A stretch of 50,854 nucleotides of DNA from Candidatus Limnocylindrales bacterium (GTDB lineage: Bacteria > Chloroflexota > Limnocylindria > Limnocylindrales > CSP1-4), in the NCBI GenBank assembly GCA_031292335.1, contig JARLHH010000075.1:1-50854 (forward strand), given 5' to 3'. A model generated the notes under the pieces. That model had not been told where the DNA came from and made no database searches. It was given only the letters and a program-made list of their open reading frames with translations. How positions within the stretch are numbered: position 1 is the first letter of the stretch; every line of letters starts with the position of its first letter. Shown piece by piece: positions 1 to 10,042 of this stretch. A program made the translations under genes and the position numbers.

Positions 1-164
1 GGAGGCAGCCCGTTTGCGCCGCCGCGGACGACCCGCGTACCATCGGCGACGTGATCCCTTCTTCAACCGGACCGCTGGCTGTGCCCGTGCCCGGAACGTT
101 GCCCGGCGCCCGTCGCGCGACCCTCGCGCGCGACCGGGCCGGCGTCCGAAAGGTGCCCTGAACC

Positions 165-1610
165 ATGGCTGTCGGCTCGTCCAACACGTTCGACCTGGTG
201 GTGCTCGGCGCCGGGACCGGAGGCTACACGGCTGCGTTCCGGGCGGCCCAGCTGGGCCTGAAGGTTGCCCTGGTGGACGCCGACAAGATCGGCGGAACCT
301 GTCTCCACCGGGGGTGCATCCCAACCAAGGCGCTCCTCGAGTCTGCCGACTTCGCCCACCGGGTCAGGACGAAGAGTCGCGAGCTGGGCGTGATGATCCC
401 CGGCGAGGCGGTGATCGACTACGCGGCGATCGCGGCCCGCAAGGACCAGGTGGTCCGCCGCATGTGGACCGGCCTCAAGGGCCTGGTCGGCAAGAACAAG
501 GTCGAGTGGGTCGCCGGTCGTGGCCGGCTGGAGGGCCCCGGCAGGGTGCGGGTCAAGCTGCACGGCGAGGACGGCACGCCAGGAGCCGGCGGCGAGCGCG
601 TGCTGGAGGCGACCGACGTGATCCTCGCGACCGGATCGCGCGTCAAGAGCCTGCCGGGGATCACCCCGGACGGCGTCCGTATCCTGACCTCGGATGACGT
701 CCTGCGGCTGGTCGAGCTGCCGGCCAGCATGGTGATCGTCGGGGCGGGCGCGGTCGGGTGCGAGTTCGCCTCGTGCTTCCACGACCTCGGCGTGAAGGTG
801 ACGCTGCTCGAGTACCTGCCGGCGATCGTGCCGCTCGAGGACCGTGACGTGTCAAAGGAGCTGGAGCGGAGCTTCCGGCGGCGCGGCCTCGACGTCATGA
901 CGAACGCCCGCTTCGACGTCGGGTCGCTGGTCGCCGGTGACGACGGGATCCGCCTGACCGTCGGGCCGGAGGGAGGCGAGGCGAAGGAGATCGCGGCCGA
1001 CGTGATCCTGGTGGCCACCGGACGGGCGGCCAACATCGAGGAGATCGGGCTGGAGACGACCCGGGCGACGACCGACCGCGGCATCATCGTGGTGGACGGC
1101 CACATGCGGACCGCCGAGCCGCACGTGTGGGCGATCGGCGACATCGTGGGCGGGCTGTGGCTGGCCCACACCGCCGCGCACGAGGGGCTGACCGCGGTCC
1201 ACACGATCGCCGGCGACCCGGACGTCCACGCCATGGACTACGCGGCGCAGCCGCGCGCCACCTACTGCCGCCCGGAGATCGCGTCGGTCGGCCTGACCGA
1301 GCAGGAGTGCGAGAAGCGCGGGCTGCCCGTCAAGGTGGGCCGGGTTCCGTTCCAGGCGATCGCGAAGGCCGTGATCGGCGGCGACTACGAGGGCTTCGCC
1401 AAGGTGATCGGCCACGCCGAGACCGGTGACACGCTGGGCGTGCACCTGATCGGGCCGCACGCCACGGACCTGATCGCCGAGGCGTCGCTCGCCGGCACGC
1501 TCCAGGCCCAGCCGTGGGAGATCGGCGCGGCCACGCATCCGCATCCCACGCTCTCCGAGATCGTCGGCGAGGCGGCCATGGCGGTGGACGGGCGGTCGAT
1601 CAACTTCTGA
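165..1610 (+). CDS. lpdA: dihydrolipoyl dehydrogenase, E3 component of a 2-oxoacid dehydrogenase complex
   Basis: 481-aa ORF. FAD-binding GxGxxG (VVLGAGTGGY), redox-active disulfide motif GGTCLHRGCIPTK and C-terminal HPHPTLSE. Heads an E3-E1alpha-E1beta-E2 gene row. Confidence 0.93.
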   Translation: MAVGSSNTFDLVVLGAGTGGYTAAFRAAQLGLKVALVDADKIGGTCLHRGCIPTKALLESADFAHRVRTKSRELGVMIPGEAVIDYAAIAARKDQVVRRMWTGLKGLVGKNKVEWVAGRGRLEGPGRVRVKLHGEDGTPGAGGERVLEATDVILATGSRVKSLPGITPDGVRILTSDDVLRLVELPASMVIVGAGAVGCEFASCFHDLGVKVTLLEYLPAIVPLEDRDVSKELERSFRRRGLDVMTNARFDVGSLVAGDDGIRLTVGPEGGEAKEIAADVILVATGRAANIEEIGLETTRATTDRGIIVVDGHMRTAEPHVWAIGDIVGGLWLAHTAAHEGLTAVHTIAGDPDVHAMDYAAQPRATYCRPEIASVGLTEQECEKRGLPVKVGRVPFQAIAKAVIGGDYEGFAKVIGHAETGDTLGVHLIGPHATDLIAEASLAGTLQAQPWEIGAATHPHPTLSEIVGEAAMAVDGRSINF

Positions 1611-1662
1611 TCCGGCGGCCGCCTCCGGGCACGCCGGGAGCCGCAATTCGCCTGTGCGCGTG

Positions 1663-1668
1663 TACAGT
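1663..1668 (+). promoter_or_regulatory. putative -10 box TACAGT, 6 nt before GTG 1675 (leaderless E1-alpha)
   Basis: TANNNT hexamer with fixed short spacing to the start codon and no Shine-Dalgarno. Confidence 0.4.
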
Positions 1669-1674
1669 CGCGGC

Positions 1675-2736
1675 GTGACGAATTCGGGGGTTTCCGCGGC
1701 GCCGGATCCGGTCGCGCGCTCCGGCCTGTCGGCAGCTCGCCTGCGCGAGATCTACCGTCTCATGGCGCTGGCACGTGCGCTGGACGAACGCGCCTGGATC
1801 CTGAACCGGTCCGGTCGCGTGCATTTCGTGATCAGCGCCCAGGGTCACGAGGGCGCCGAGGCCGGGATCTGCGCGGCGCTCACCCCCGGTCGCGACTGGC
1901 TTCTGCCCTACTACCGCTCGCTGGCCGCCGTGCTCGCGTTCGGGATGACGCCGCGCGAGGTGATGCTCCTCCAGTTCGGGAAGGCCGACGATCCCGGCTC
2001 GGGAGGGCGCCAGATGCCTGCGCACTATGGCGGCGCGGCGTACCGGATCTTCAGCGGCTCCTCGCCGGTCGGGACGCAGGCGCTCCACGCGGCGGGCATC
2101 GCGCTCGCGGCCAGGCTCCGCGGCGAGGCGCAGGTGGCGACGGTGATGATGGGCGAGGGCGCCGCCAACCAGGGCGACGTCCACGAGGCGCTCAACTTCG
2201 CGGGGATCCACCATCTCCCGATGGTCCTCGTGGTGGAGAACAACGGCTACGCGATCAGCGTGCCGGCCGAGAAGCAGGTGGCGGTGCGCGATGTGGCGAT
2301 TCGCGCCGCCGGCTACAGCATGCCGGGCGTGATCGTGGACGGCACCGACGTCCTGGGCTGTTACCTGGCGATGCGGGACGCGGTCGCGCGAGCGCTGGCG
2401 GGCGACGGCCCCACGCTCATCGAGGCCAAGGTCACCCGGCTGACTGGGCACTCGTCCGACGACCAGCAGACCAAGTACCGGACCGAGGACGACCTGGCGG
2501 CCGGGCGCGGTCGCGATCCGCTGCCGGCCTTCCGCGACGAGCTCCGGGCGGCCGGCCTGCTGGACGCGGCGGCCGAGGCGCAGATCGCCGCCGAGGTCCG
2601 CGGCCTGGTGGACGACGCGACGGACTTCGCCGAGGCGGCCGCCGACCCCGACCCCGCGACGCTGCTGCGCCACGTCTACGCGGAGCCGGGAGTCCCGGGG
2701 GCGGCGCCGGGGCCGCCGGGCGGGGCTCCCGGCTGA
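1675..2736 (+). CDS. 2-oxoacid dehydrogenase E1 component alpha subunit (TPP-dependent; branched-chain vs pyruvate vs acetoin type not resolvable)
   Basis: Frame of ORF 1654..2736. E1-alpha-like sequence with TPP-binding stretch MGEGAANQGDVHEALNFA...VVENNGYAIS. Start placed at GTG 1675 because TACAGT (1663-1668) lies 6 nt upstream. GTG 1654 is the alternative start. Confidence 0.85.
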   Translation: MTNSGVSAAPDPVARSGLSAARLREIYRLMALARALDERAWILNRSGRVHFVISAQGHEGAEAGICAALTPGRDWLLPYYRSLAAVLAFGMTPREVMLLQFGKADDPGSGGRQMPAHYGGAAYRIFSGSSPVGTQALHAAGIALAARLRGEAQVATVMMGEGAANQGDVHEALNFAGIHHLPMVLVVENNGYAISVPAEKQVAVRDVAIRAAGYSMPGVIVDGTDVLGCYLAMRDAVARALAGDGPTLIEAKVTRLTGHSSDDQQTKYRTEDDLAAGRGRDPLPAFRDELRAAGLLDAAAEAQIAAEVRGLVDDATDFAEAAADPDPATLLRHVYAEPGVPGAAPGPPGGAPG

Positions 2737-3719
2737 TGGCGGTCCGGACCTTCATCGAGGCGATCCGCGAGGGGCTTCGCGACGAGATGCGCCGCGACTC
2801 AACGGTGATCGTGCTGGGCGAGGACGTCGGCAAGAAGGGCGGCGTCTTCTTCGCCACGGACGGGCTCTGGGCGGAGTTCGGTGACGGCCGGGTGATCGAC
2901 ACGCCGCTCACCGAATCGATGATCGCCGGGGTGAGCATCGGGGCGGCGGCGAACGGCCTGCGCCCGGTCGCCGAGATCCAGTTCGCCGACTTCATCTTCC
3001 CGGCCATGAACCAGATCATCGAGGAGGCGGCCCGGATCCGATACCGGAGCAACGGGACGTTCGGCTGCCCGGTCACGATCCGGGCACCGTTCGGCGCCGG
3101 CGTCCACGGCGCGCTGTATCACAGCCAGTCGGTGGAGGCGTTCTTCGCCCACGTGCCGGGCCTCAAGGTGGTGATCCCCTCCACCTCGTACGACGCGAAG
3201 GGGCTCCTGCGATCCGCGATCCGCGATCCGGACCCCGTCATCTTTCTGGAGCACAAGAAGATGTACCGGAGCGTCCGCGGCGAGGTGCCGGACGGGGAGT
3301 ACACGGTGCCGCTGGGCCGCGCGACCGTGATGCGCGAGGGAAGCCGGCTCACGCTGATCGCCTACGGCCTGATGGTCCACTACGCGCTCGACGCGGCGGC
3401 CCGGGTGGCGGGGGAGGGGATCGAGACCGAGGTGGTGGACCTGCGGACGATCCGCCCGCTCGACGCCGAGACCGTGCTGGCCTCGGTCCGCAAGACGGGC
3501 AAGTGCCTGGTGGTCCACGAGGACAACCGGTTCGGCGGATTCGGCGCGGAGGTCGCCGCGCTCGTGGCCGAGGAGGCGTTCGACTACCTCGATGGCCCGG
3601 TGACGCGCCTCGCCGGCCCGGAGTCGCCGGCGGTGCCCTATGCGAGCGCGCTCGAGGATGCCTTCCTGATCACGCCCGAGAAGATCGCGGGCGCGATCAG
3701 GACGCTGGCAGCGTACTGA
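2736..3719 (+). CDS. 2-oxoacid dehydrogenase E1 component beta subunit
   Basis: 327-aa ORF. Transketolase-like pyrimidine-binding and C-terminal domains (VIDTPLTESMIAGVSIGAA, EVVDLRTIRPLD). ATG overlaps the E1-alpha stop (TGATG). Confidence 0.9.
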   Translation: MAVRTFIEAIREGLRDEMRRDSTVIVLGEDVGKKGGVFFATDGLWAEFGDGRVIDTPLTESMIAGVSIGAAANGLRPVAEIQFADFIFPAMNQIIEEAARIRYRSNGTFGCPVTIRAPFGAGVHGALYHSQSVEAFFAHVPGLKVVIPSTSYDAKGLLRSAIRDPDPVIFLEHKKMYRSVRGEVPDGEYTVPLGRATVMREGSRLTLIAYGLMVHYALDAAARVAGEGIETEVVDLRTIRPLDAETVLASVRKTGKCLVVHEDNRFGGFGAEVAALVAEEAFDYLDGPVTRLAGPESPAVPYASALEDAFLITPEKIAGAIRTLAAY

Positions 3720-3899
3720 CCCGAGCGGCGCCCGGCGGCCGCCGCAGGCAGTACCGGCCGCAGGCGGGCCGAACCGTCCCGCGTGCCCGGGAGCGCGAGA
3801 TAGGCCACACTAGCGGAGCCGGGGGCGTCGCTGAACCAGCGAGGCGCCCGGTGCGTACGAGCATGAGACGCGGGACGCAGGACCGCGGAGGAGGACCCC

Positions 3900-5279
3900 G
3901 TGGCGAAAGTCACGATGCCCCAGCTCGGCGAGAGCGTCGCCGAGGGCACGATCGGTCGCTGGCTCAAGAAGCCCGGTGACCGGGTGGAGAAGTACGAGCC
4001 GATCGTCGAGGTCGTCACCGACAAGGTGAACGCCGAGGTCCCGTCGCCGTTCGCGGGCATCCTTACCGCGATCCTCGCCGAGGAGGGCGCCACCGTCCCG
4101 AACAACGCCGAGATCGCGGAGATCGAAACGGCGGACGGCGACGTCGCAGCGGCCGCATCGCCGCCGGCGCCCCCGGCAGTCGCGCCACCGGCGGTCGCGC
4201 CCTCGGCCGCCCCAACCCCGTTCGAGAGCCCGGCTGCCCCTCCCGTGGCGGCGGCGGCAACCAGCCCGGCGATGACCGCCGGCATGCCGGTGCCACCGGC
4301 ATCCGGCGATCCCGAGGCCCGGATGACGCCGGCGGTTCGCCGGCTGCTCCGCGAGCACTGTCTCTCGCCTGCCCAGGTCCCGGGAACCGGCGGTGGCGGG
4401 CGCATCACCCGGGATGACGTCCTTGCCGTGGTCGAGGCGATCCGCACCGGCAGGTTCGGCGCGGGAGCCGGCGGAGCCGCCCCGGGCGGCGCGTCCGGCG
4501 CCCCGAACGTGCCCGCTCCAGCCTCGAACGGCGCACCCACCGCCGGCCCCGTCGTCGTCTTCCCGCCCGGCGCCGACGAGGTCCTCGTGCCGGTGACGAA
4601 GATGCGCCAGGGGATCGCCGCGCAGATGACGCGGTCCCTGCAGGTGCCGCACGCGTACGTGCACGTCGAGGTGGACGTGACCAGCCTGGTGCGCCTGCGC
4701 GAGTCCGTGAAGCGCGAGTACCAGGCCCGCGAGGGGATCAGCCTGAGCTACGTGCCGTTCGTGATGAAGGCGGTCGTCGAGGCGCTTCGGAAGCAGCCCA
4801 CCTTCAACGCCGTGTGGACGGACCAGGGGCTGATGGCGCGCCGTCGCGTCAACCTGGGCGTGGCCGTGGCGGTGGACGACGGCCTGATCGTGCCGGTCAT
4901 CCGCGACGTGGACCAGCTCTCCGTCAACGGGATCAACCGCGCCATTGCCGAGGTGGCGGTCCGCGCCCGCGCCAACCGGTTCCGCTCGGACGACTTCGGC
5001 GGCGGCACGTTCACGGTGGACAACACCGGCTGGTTCGGCAGCAACCTGACGATGCCGATCATCAACGTCCCGGAAGTCGCCATCCTCACCATGGAGGCGA
5101 TCACGAAGCGCCCGGTCGTGGTCGAGACGCCGCAGGGCGACGTCATCGCCATCCGGTCGATCATGAACATGGTGATCGGGATCGACCATCGGGCGAACGA
5201 CGGTGCCCAGGCCGGCTTCTTCCTGCGCGACGTGAAGACTTGGCTCGAGGGCGTCGGGCCGGAGACCCCGATCTACTAG
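3900..5279 (+). CDS. dihydrolipoamide acyltransferase, E2 component
   Basis: 459-aa ORF. Lipoyl domain with VEVVTDKVNAEVPSP, Ala/Pro linkers, subunit-binding domain RMTPAVRRLLREH and catalytic DHRANDGA motif. GTG start preceded by GGAGGAGG. Confidence 0.93.
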   Translation: MAKVTMPQLGESVAEGTIGRWLKKPGDRVEKYEPIVEVVTDKVNAEVPSPFAGILTAILAEEGATVPNNAEIAEIETADGDVAAAASPPAPPAVAPPAVAPSAAPTPFESPAAPPVAAAATSPAMTAGMPVPPASGDPEARMTPAVRRLLREHCLSPAQVPGTGGGGRITRDDVLAVVEAIRTGRFGAGAGGAAPGGASGAPNVPAPASNGAPTAGPVVVFPPGADEVLVPVTKMRQGIAAQMTRSLQVPHAYVHVEVDVTSLVRLRESVKREYQAREGISLSYVPFVMKAVVEALRKQPTFNAVWTDQGLMARRRVNLGVAVAVDDGLIVPVIRDVDQLSVNGINRAIAEVAVRARANRFRSDDFGGGTFTVDNTGWFGSNLTMPIINVPEVAILTMEAITKRPVVVETPQGDVIAIRSIMNMVIGIDHRANDGAQAGFFLRDVKTWLEGVGPETPIY

Positions 5280-5285
5280 GGAGAC

Positions 5286-5912
5286 GTGGTGGCGGAGCCG
5301 CCGGACGGCGTCACGGTGGCGGAGCCCGAGCGCAGGCCGGGCCGCATGTCCGTCGGCGAGCGGGCCGCTCGCCGAAAGCGACTTGTGCACGGCCGCGACC
5401 GCTTCTCGAGCCTCGTCCGGGTGCTGCAGGCCGGCCGCGAGATCCCGCTCGCGCCGCGCCGACGGCGGCGCCTGGGCCTCCCCGCCGACCTGACCTGGAA
5501 CCCGATCGGCACCAAGCTCGTGCTGCTCGTGGCCGTCGCGTTGCTCGTGGTGGTCGGGATCAAGCTCGGCGGCGACTGGCTGCGGGAGGGGTCGATTGTC
5601 ACCTGGGCCGGTCCGACCGCGGACGTGACGTCGGGCGAGCGGCTGAACAGCTGCCCGGCGGCAGACGGCCTGGCCTCCGTGGACACGTACCCGAACTGGC
5701 TGCGCTACGGCGGTCGGCTCTACCTGCGCACGGACACCACGCGTCCCGGCCTGATCGATGGCGTCGCCTACCTCGACAGCGGCTACCACCTCGACAACGT
5801 CCGGCTCGTCCTGCTCGAGAACACGCCGGACGGCCGCTCGCGGCAGGAGGTCATGCTCTGGAGCCAGGGCGCGATGGCCGGCTACATCTACCGGGTTGCG
5901 CCGGGGTGCTGA
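5286..5912 (+). CDS. hypothetical single-pass membrane protein
   Basis: 208-aa ORF with one hydrophobic helix (LVLLVAVALLVVVGI). Codon third positions are GC-rich. Sits between E2 and lipA. No family recognised, and the start (GTG 5286 or 5289) is uncertain. Confidence 0.5.
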   Translation: MVAEPPDGVTVAEPERRPGRMSVGERAARRKRLVHGRDRFSSLVRVLQAGREIPLAPRRRRRLGLPADLTWNPIGTKLVLLVAVALLVVVGIKLGGDWLREGSIVTWAGPTADVTSGERLNSCPAADGLASVDTYPNWLRYGGRLYLRTDTTRPGLIDGVAYLDSGYHLDNVRLVLLENTPDGRSRQEVMLWSQGAMAGYIYRVAPGC

Positions 5913-6042
5913 CGGCCCGGAGGAGCCCCCCGGAGCGCGCCCGGCGATCGCTGGCTGGCCGCCCGGCGGTGGGGATGGCTGGCCGACCGGCGGCGCGTGG
6001 CCCGCGGGCGCGTGGCCCAGGGGCGGGCGGCGGCCGCCGCCG

Positions 6043-6048
6043 TACACT
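6043..6048 (+). promoter_or_regulatory. putative -10 box TACACT, 8 nt before lipA ATG 6057
   Basis: TANNNT hexamer with no Shine-Dalgarno. Confidence 0.4.
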
Positions 6049-6056
6049 TGGCGGCG

Positions 6057-7046
6057 ATGAGTCGCGAGCTGCCGATCTTCGCCCCGCCCGCCGGGGAAGT
6101 CCACGACGGGAGCACGGCCACCAGGCGCCACCCGGAGTGGCTCCGGGCCCGCATCGCGGGGGGTGACGGCTTCAGCGACCTGCGCCGCCTGATGCGCGCC
6201 CAGAACCTCAACACGGTCTGCGAGGAGGCCCGCTGTCCCAACCTCGGGGAGTGCTGGGACCAGCGGACGGCAACCGTGATGATCCTTGGCGACACGTGCA
6301 CCCGCGCCTGCGGGTTCTGCGCCATCAAGACGGGCCGGCCCACCTGGTTCGACGCGGACGAGCCCCGTCGCGTCGCCGAGGCGGTCGCGGCGATGGCCCT
6401 CGAGCACGTCGTCGTGACGTCGGTCGCCCGCGACGACCTGCCCGACGGCGGCGCGAGCGTCTTCGCGGAGACGATCCGGCGGCTCCGGGACCGCTGCCCG
6501 GGGATGGGCGTGGAGGTGCTGATCCCCGACTTCAACGGCCAGGAAGCGCCGCTGCGGGCCGTCATGGAGGCCGGTCCCGACATCCTGAACCACAACGTCG
6601 AGACGGTGGAGCGGCTCCAGGCACCGGTCCGCAAGCGGGCCCGCTACGACCGCAGCCTGGGTGTCCTGGCGCGCGCGAAATCGTATGCCGCCGAGCTCGG
6701 ACGGGTGGCCCACACGAAGAGTTCGATCATGGTCGGGCTGGGCGAGGAGCGCGCGGAGCTCTCGCAGACCTTCCGCGACCTGCGCGCCGTGGACTGCGAC
6801 ATCCTGACCATCGGCCAATACCTGCGGCCCAGCGTGGTCCACCTGCCGCTGGTCCGCTACTACCACCCCGACGAGTTCGCGGAGATGAAGGTCGAGGCGC
6901 TCGCGCTCGGCTTCCGGCACGTGGAGTCAGGGCCGCTCGTGCGGTCGTCCTACCACGCCCGCGACCAGGTCCCGGGTGCCGAGCTGCGGGCGCTCCGCCG
7001 GCGGCAGGCGACACTCGACGCCCAGGGACGGGTGATCCCCGCCTGA
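6057..7046 (+). CDS. lipA: lipoyl synthase
   Basis: Radical-SAM CxxxCxxC (CTRACGFC) plus auxiliary-cluster motif CEEARCPNLGEC. Start set to ATG 6057 (TACACT at 6043-6048, 8 nt upstream) rather than the longest ORF start 5997. Confidence 0.92.
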   Translation: MSRELPIFAPPAGEVHDGSTATRRHPEWLRARIAGGDGFSDLRRLMRAQNLNTVCEEARCPNLGECWDQRTATVMILGDTCTRACGFCAIKTGRPTWFDADEPRRVAEAVAAMALEHVVVTSVARDDLPDGGASVFAETIRRLRDRCPGMGVEVLIPDFNGQEAPLRAVMEAGPDILNHNVETVERLQAPVRKRARYDRSLGVLARAKSYAAELGRVAHTKSSIMVGLGEERAELSQTFRDLRAVDCDILTIGQYLRPSVVHLPLVRYYHPDEFAEMKVEALALGFRHVESGPLVRSSYHARDQVPGAELRALRRRQATLDAQGRVIPA

Positions 7047-7068
7047 TCCCGGTCCTGGGGCGGCTGTT

Positions 7069-7890
7069 TCAGAGGATCTTCGAAAGGAAGCTCTTCGTGC
7101 GCTCGTGCGTCGGGCTGGTGAAGAAGTGTTCGGGCGTGCCTTCCTCGATGATCTGGCCGTCGTCCATCATCACGACCCGGTCGGCGACCTCGCGGGCGAA
7201 GCCCATCTCGTGGGAGACGACGATCATCGTCATGCCCTCGCGCGCCAGCTCCTTGATGACCTCCAGGACCTCGCCGATCATCTCCGGGTCGAGCGCCGAG
7301 GTGGGCTCGTCGAAGAGCATGAGGGCCGGCTTCATGGCGAGCGCCCGCGCGATCGCGACGCGCTGCTGCTGGCCCCCCGAGAGCTGGTTCGGGTAGACGT
7401 TCTCCTTGGAGGACAGGCCGACCCGGGCCAGCAAGGCCCGGCCCATCTCGACCGCCTCGGCCTGCGGCGTCTTCCGGACGAGCAGGGGCGCCTCGGTGAT
7501 GTTCTGGAGCGCCGTCATGTGCGGGAAGAGATTGAAGCGCTGGAAGACCATCCCGATCTCCTGGCGCTGCTTCGCGATGTTCTTCTCGCGATCCTCGACC
7601 AGCTTCCCGCCGACCTCGCGGTAGCCGATGAGATGGCCGTTCACGAAGATCCTGCCGCCCTGGATCTTCTCGAGGTGGTTCATGCAGCGAATGAAGGTGG
7701 TCTTGCCGGAGCCCGACGCCCCGATGACGACGACGACCTCCTGCCGCTTGACGGTCATGGAGACGCCCTTGAGGACGTGCAGGCGGCCGAACCACTTCTC
7801 GACCCCGGCGGCCTCGACGACCACCTCGTTCGGCGGCATCGGGACGCCGCCGATGGCGCCGAGCAGGTCGCCGGGCTTCTGGAGCGTCAT
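7069..7890 (-). CDS. polar amino-acid ABC transporter ATP-binding protein
   Basis: Walker [10 protein letters not shown], signature LSGGQQQRV and Walker [13 protein letters not shown]. Start overlaps the permease stop (TGATG on the minus strand). Confidence 0.93.
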   Translation of the reverse strand: MTLQKPGDLLGAIGGVPMPPNEVVVEAAGVEKWFGRLHVLKGVSMTVKRQEVVVVIGASGSGKTTFIRCMNHLEKIQGGRIFVNGHLIGYREVGGKLVEDREKNIAKQRQEIGMVFQRFNLFPHMTALQNITEAPLLVRKTPQAEAVEMGRALLARVGLSSKENVYPNQLSGGQQQRVAIARALAMKPALMLFDEPTSALDPEMIGEVLEVIKELAREGMTMIVVSHEMGFAREVADRVVMMDDGQIIEEGTPEHFFTSPTHERTKSFLSKIL

Positions 7891-8807
7891 CAGCGCCCTC
7901 CGCTGATCACGGGAACGTCCTCGCCGACAGCCGGGGTTCGGCCGAACAGGCGGTCCATGAGCCCCGGCCCCGCGTTTGCGCTGCCGGCGGTCCCCTTGGC
8001 CAGCTTCCGCTCGATCCAGGCCTGGATGACGCTCCAGATCGTGGTCAGCAGCAGGAACCAGACGGCGGCCGCCAGGTAGAACTCGAACGGGGCGAAGTAG
8101 TTGCCCTGCTTGCGATTGAAGACCGTGTACAGCTCGGGGACGCTGATCAGGACCAGCAGGGACGTGGTCTTGAGCATGTTGTTGAACTCGTTGCCGAGCG
8201 GCGGCACGATCACCCGGGCCGCCTGGGGGAGCACGATCCGGCGCATCCCCTGGCCGTACGTCATCCCCAGCGACTTGGCCGCCTCCATCTGGCCGGGGTC
8301 GATCGCAAGGATGCCCGCCCGGACGATCTCGGCGAAGTAGGCGCCCTCGTTGACTCCGAGGGCGAAGACGCCCGCCTGGATCGCACCATCGATGTGGATT
8401 CCGAAGAAGTTGATGGTGGGCCAGCCGTAGATGTGGGCGACGCTCAGGCCGAAGTAGAAGAGGACGATCTGGACCACGAGCGGCGTGCCGCGGAACAGCC
8501 AGATGTAGACGTTGGCGATGATCCGGAACGGCCGGAACTTCGCCATCTTGGCAAGGGCCGCGAACGTCCCCAGGGTCACCCCGATCAGCTGGCTGGTGAT
8601 CGCGATCGAGACGGTCAGCCAGAGCCCGTTCTGGATCTGGCTGTCGGGGTGGAAGACCGAGTCGAAGAAGTAGTTCCAGTTGAGGTGGACGGTGCTCGAG
8701 GCGTTGGACGAGCAGCCCGCGACGAGCACGGCGATGACGGCGATCCCGACCGGCACGACGGCCGGCCGGAGCCGCTGGGATCGGGGGCGAGGTCGCGGGC
8801 TGGACAT
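7890..8807 (-). CDS. polar amino-acid ABC transporter permease
   Basis: 305-aa multi-pass membrane ORF with the EAA-type loop [22 protein letters not shown] typical of His/Glu/Gln/Arg-family permeases. Confidence 0.9.
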   Translation of the reverse strand: MSSPRPRPRSQRLRPAVVPVGIAVIAVLVAGCSSNASSTVHLNWNYFFDSVFHPDSQIQNGLWLTVSIAITSQLIGVTLGTFAALAKMAKFRPFRIIANVYIWLFRGTPLVVQIVLFYFGLSVAHIYGWPTINFFGIHIDGAIQAGVFALGVNEGAYFAEIVRAGILAIDPGQMEAAKSLGMTYGQGMRRIVLPQAARVIVPPLGNEFNNMLKTTSLLVLISVPELYTVFNRKQGNYFAPFEFYLAAAVWFLLLTTIWSVIQAWIERKLAKGTAGSANAGPGLMDRLFGRTPAVGEDVPVISGGR

Positions 8808-8826
8808 CCCGGCGGTTCCCTGCTGG

Positions 8827-9825
8827 CTACTGGATCTTGTTGATCTGCCCGGCGATGTCGGCGGAGACCCCGCTCGAGTCGACGCCGTACTTCTTGAGGA
8901 TGGTCGTATACGTCCCGTCGTTGATCAGCGACACGAGGGCGGCCTGGACCGCGGTCACGAGGTCCTTGTGGCCGGCATCGTTGGCGACGCTGATCCCCTC
9001 CAGCGCGGGCTGGAGCGGCGGGATCGGGGCGAGGTCGAACTGGTCGGCGTGCTGGACGGTGTAGTAGCCGGCGACCGGCGAGTCGGTGAAGTAGGCGTCC
9101 ACCTGGCCGGCCTGGAGCGCGAGGAGCGCGTCGCTGTCCTTTTCGAACTCCTTGACGTTGATCGCCGGCTTGCCGCCCTTGGTGCAGGCCTGGGTCAGGC
9201 CGTTGCCCTTGTAGTCACCGGTTCCCTGGAGGTAGTTGATCTCCGTCGTGCCGGTCTCGGCCGCGATGTTCAGGCCACACAGGGCGTCCGTGGAGGTGAT
9301 CCCCTTCGGGTTGCCCTTGGCGACCACGAACGACTGGCCGGCATTGAAGTACGGGATCATGTCGACCTGCTTGATCCGGTCGCTCGTGATGTTCTGGGCC
9401 GACATGATGATGTCGCACTTGCCACCCTGGAGCGCCGCGATGATCGTGTCGAAGACCGTGTTGTTCACGGCCATGGTCAGGCCCAGCCGCGTGGCGATCG
9501 CGGCACCGAGGTCGATGTCCGAGCCGGTCGGGTCGCCGTTCGCGTCGAAGAACTCCTGGGGCGGGTACGGGATATCCGAGCAGATCGTGAGCTTGCCGGG
9601 GTCGACCAGCTCAGCCGCCGGGACCGTGGCGACCGGGCTGGGGGCGGCCGGGCTCGGGGACGCCTCGGGCGAGGGCGACGCGGCGGGCGCCGCGCTTGGG
9701 GCGACCGATGGCGCGGGTGTCGGCGAGGGCGCCGCAGGGGTGGGTGTGGCGCTTCCGGAGCAGGCCGCCACGACGACGGCCAGCACACCCGCGAGCGCGA
9801 ACGCCCGGGAATGGGTTGTGAACAT
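8827..9825 (-). CDS. amino-acid ABC transporter substrate-binding lipoprotein
   Basis: 332 aa. Signal peptide with lipobox (VVAACSG), Pro/Ala/Ser linker, then a type-3 periplasmic binding fold. GAGGAGG precedes the ATG. Confidence 0.88.
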   Translation of the reverse strand: MFTTHSRAFALAGVLAVVVAACSGSATPTPAAPSPTPAPSVAPSAAPAASPSPEASPSPAAPSPVATVPAAELVDPGKLTICSDIPYPPQEFFDANGDPTGSDIDLGAAIATRLGLTMAVNNTVFDTIIAALQGGKCDIIMSAQNITSDRIKQVDMIPYFNAGQSFVVAKGNPKGITSTDALCGLNIAAETGTTEINYLQGTGDYKGNGLTQACTKGGKPAINVKEFEKDSDALLALQAGQVDAYFTDSPVAGYYTVQHADQFDLAPIPPLQPALEGISVANDAGHKDLVTAVQAALVSLINDGTYTTILKKYGVDSSGVSADIAGQINKIQ

Positions 9826-10030
9826 CGACTCCTCCTCGTGCGGCGGGCCGGTTTCGACCCGGCGCCGCCGCCCAGCTCACGAACTGCTTGCCGCGCTGCT
9901 CCAGCGACTCGGCCAACCACATCGGGACGCGAAAGGGTAGTCCGTACCGTACCGCATTGAGGCCTGCTGGCACTAGCCGGAAGGCGCATCGGGACCCCGC
10001 GCCACGCGTTGCGCCCGGTTCCGCCCCGGC

Positions 10031-10036
10031 TATCCT
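10031..10036 (+). promoter_or_regulatory. putative -10 box TATCCT (GGCTATCCT), 6 nt before add ATG 10043
   Basis: TANNNT hexamer with no Shine-Dalgarno. Confidence 0.45.
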
Positions 10037-10042
10037 GTGGGC

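Noticed and set aside
1-161. Possible 3' end of an upstream plus-strand gene (frame ending at TGA 159-161)
   Set aside because: Only about 50 codons are visible, codon bias is moderate and no motif is present. That is too little evidence to call a CDS.
3810-6920. 1036-aa ORF on the minus strand spanning the E2, membrane-protein and lipA genes
   Set aside because: It is antisense to three genes with strong family signatures. The translation is Arg/Gly/Pro/Ala/His-rich low-complexity sequence with no recognisable domain. Long stop-free antisense frames are expected in DNA this GC-rich.
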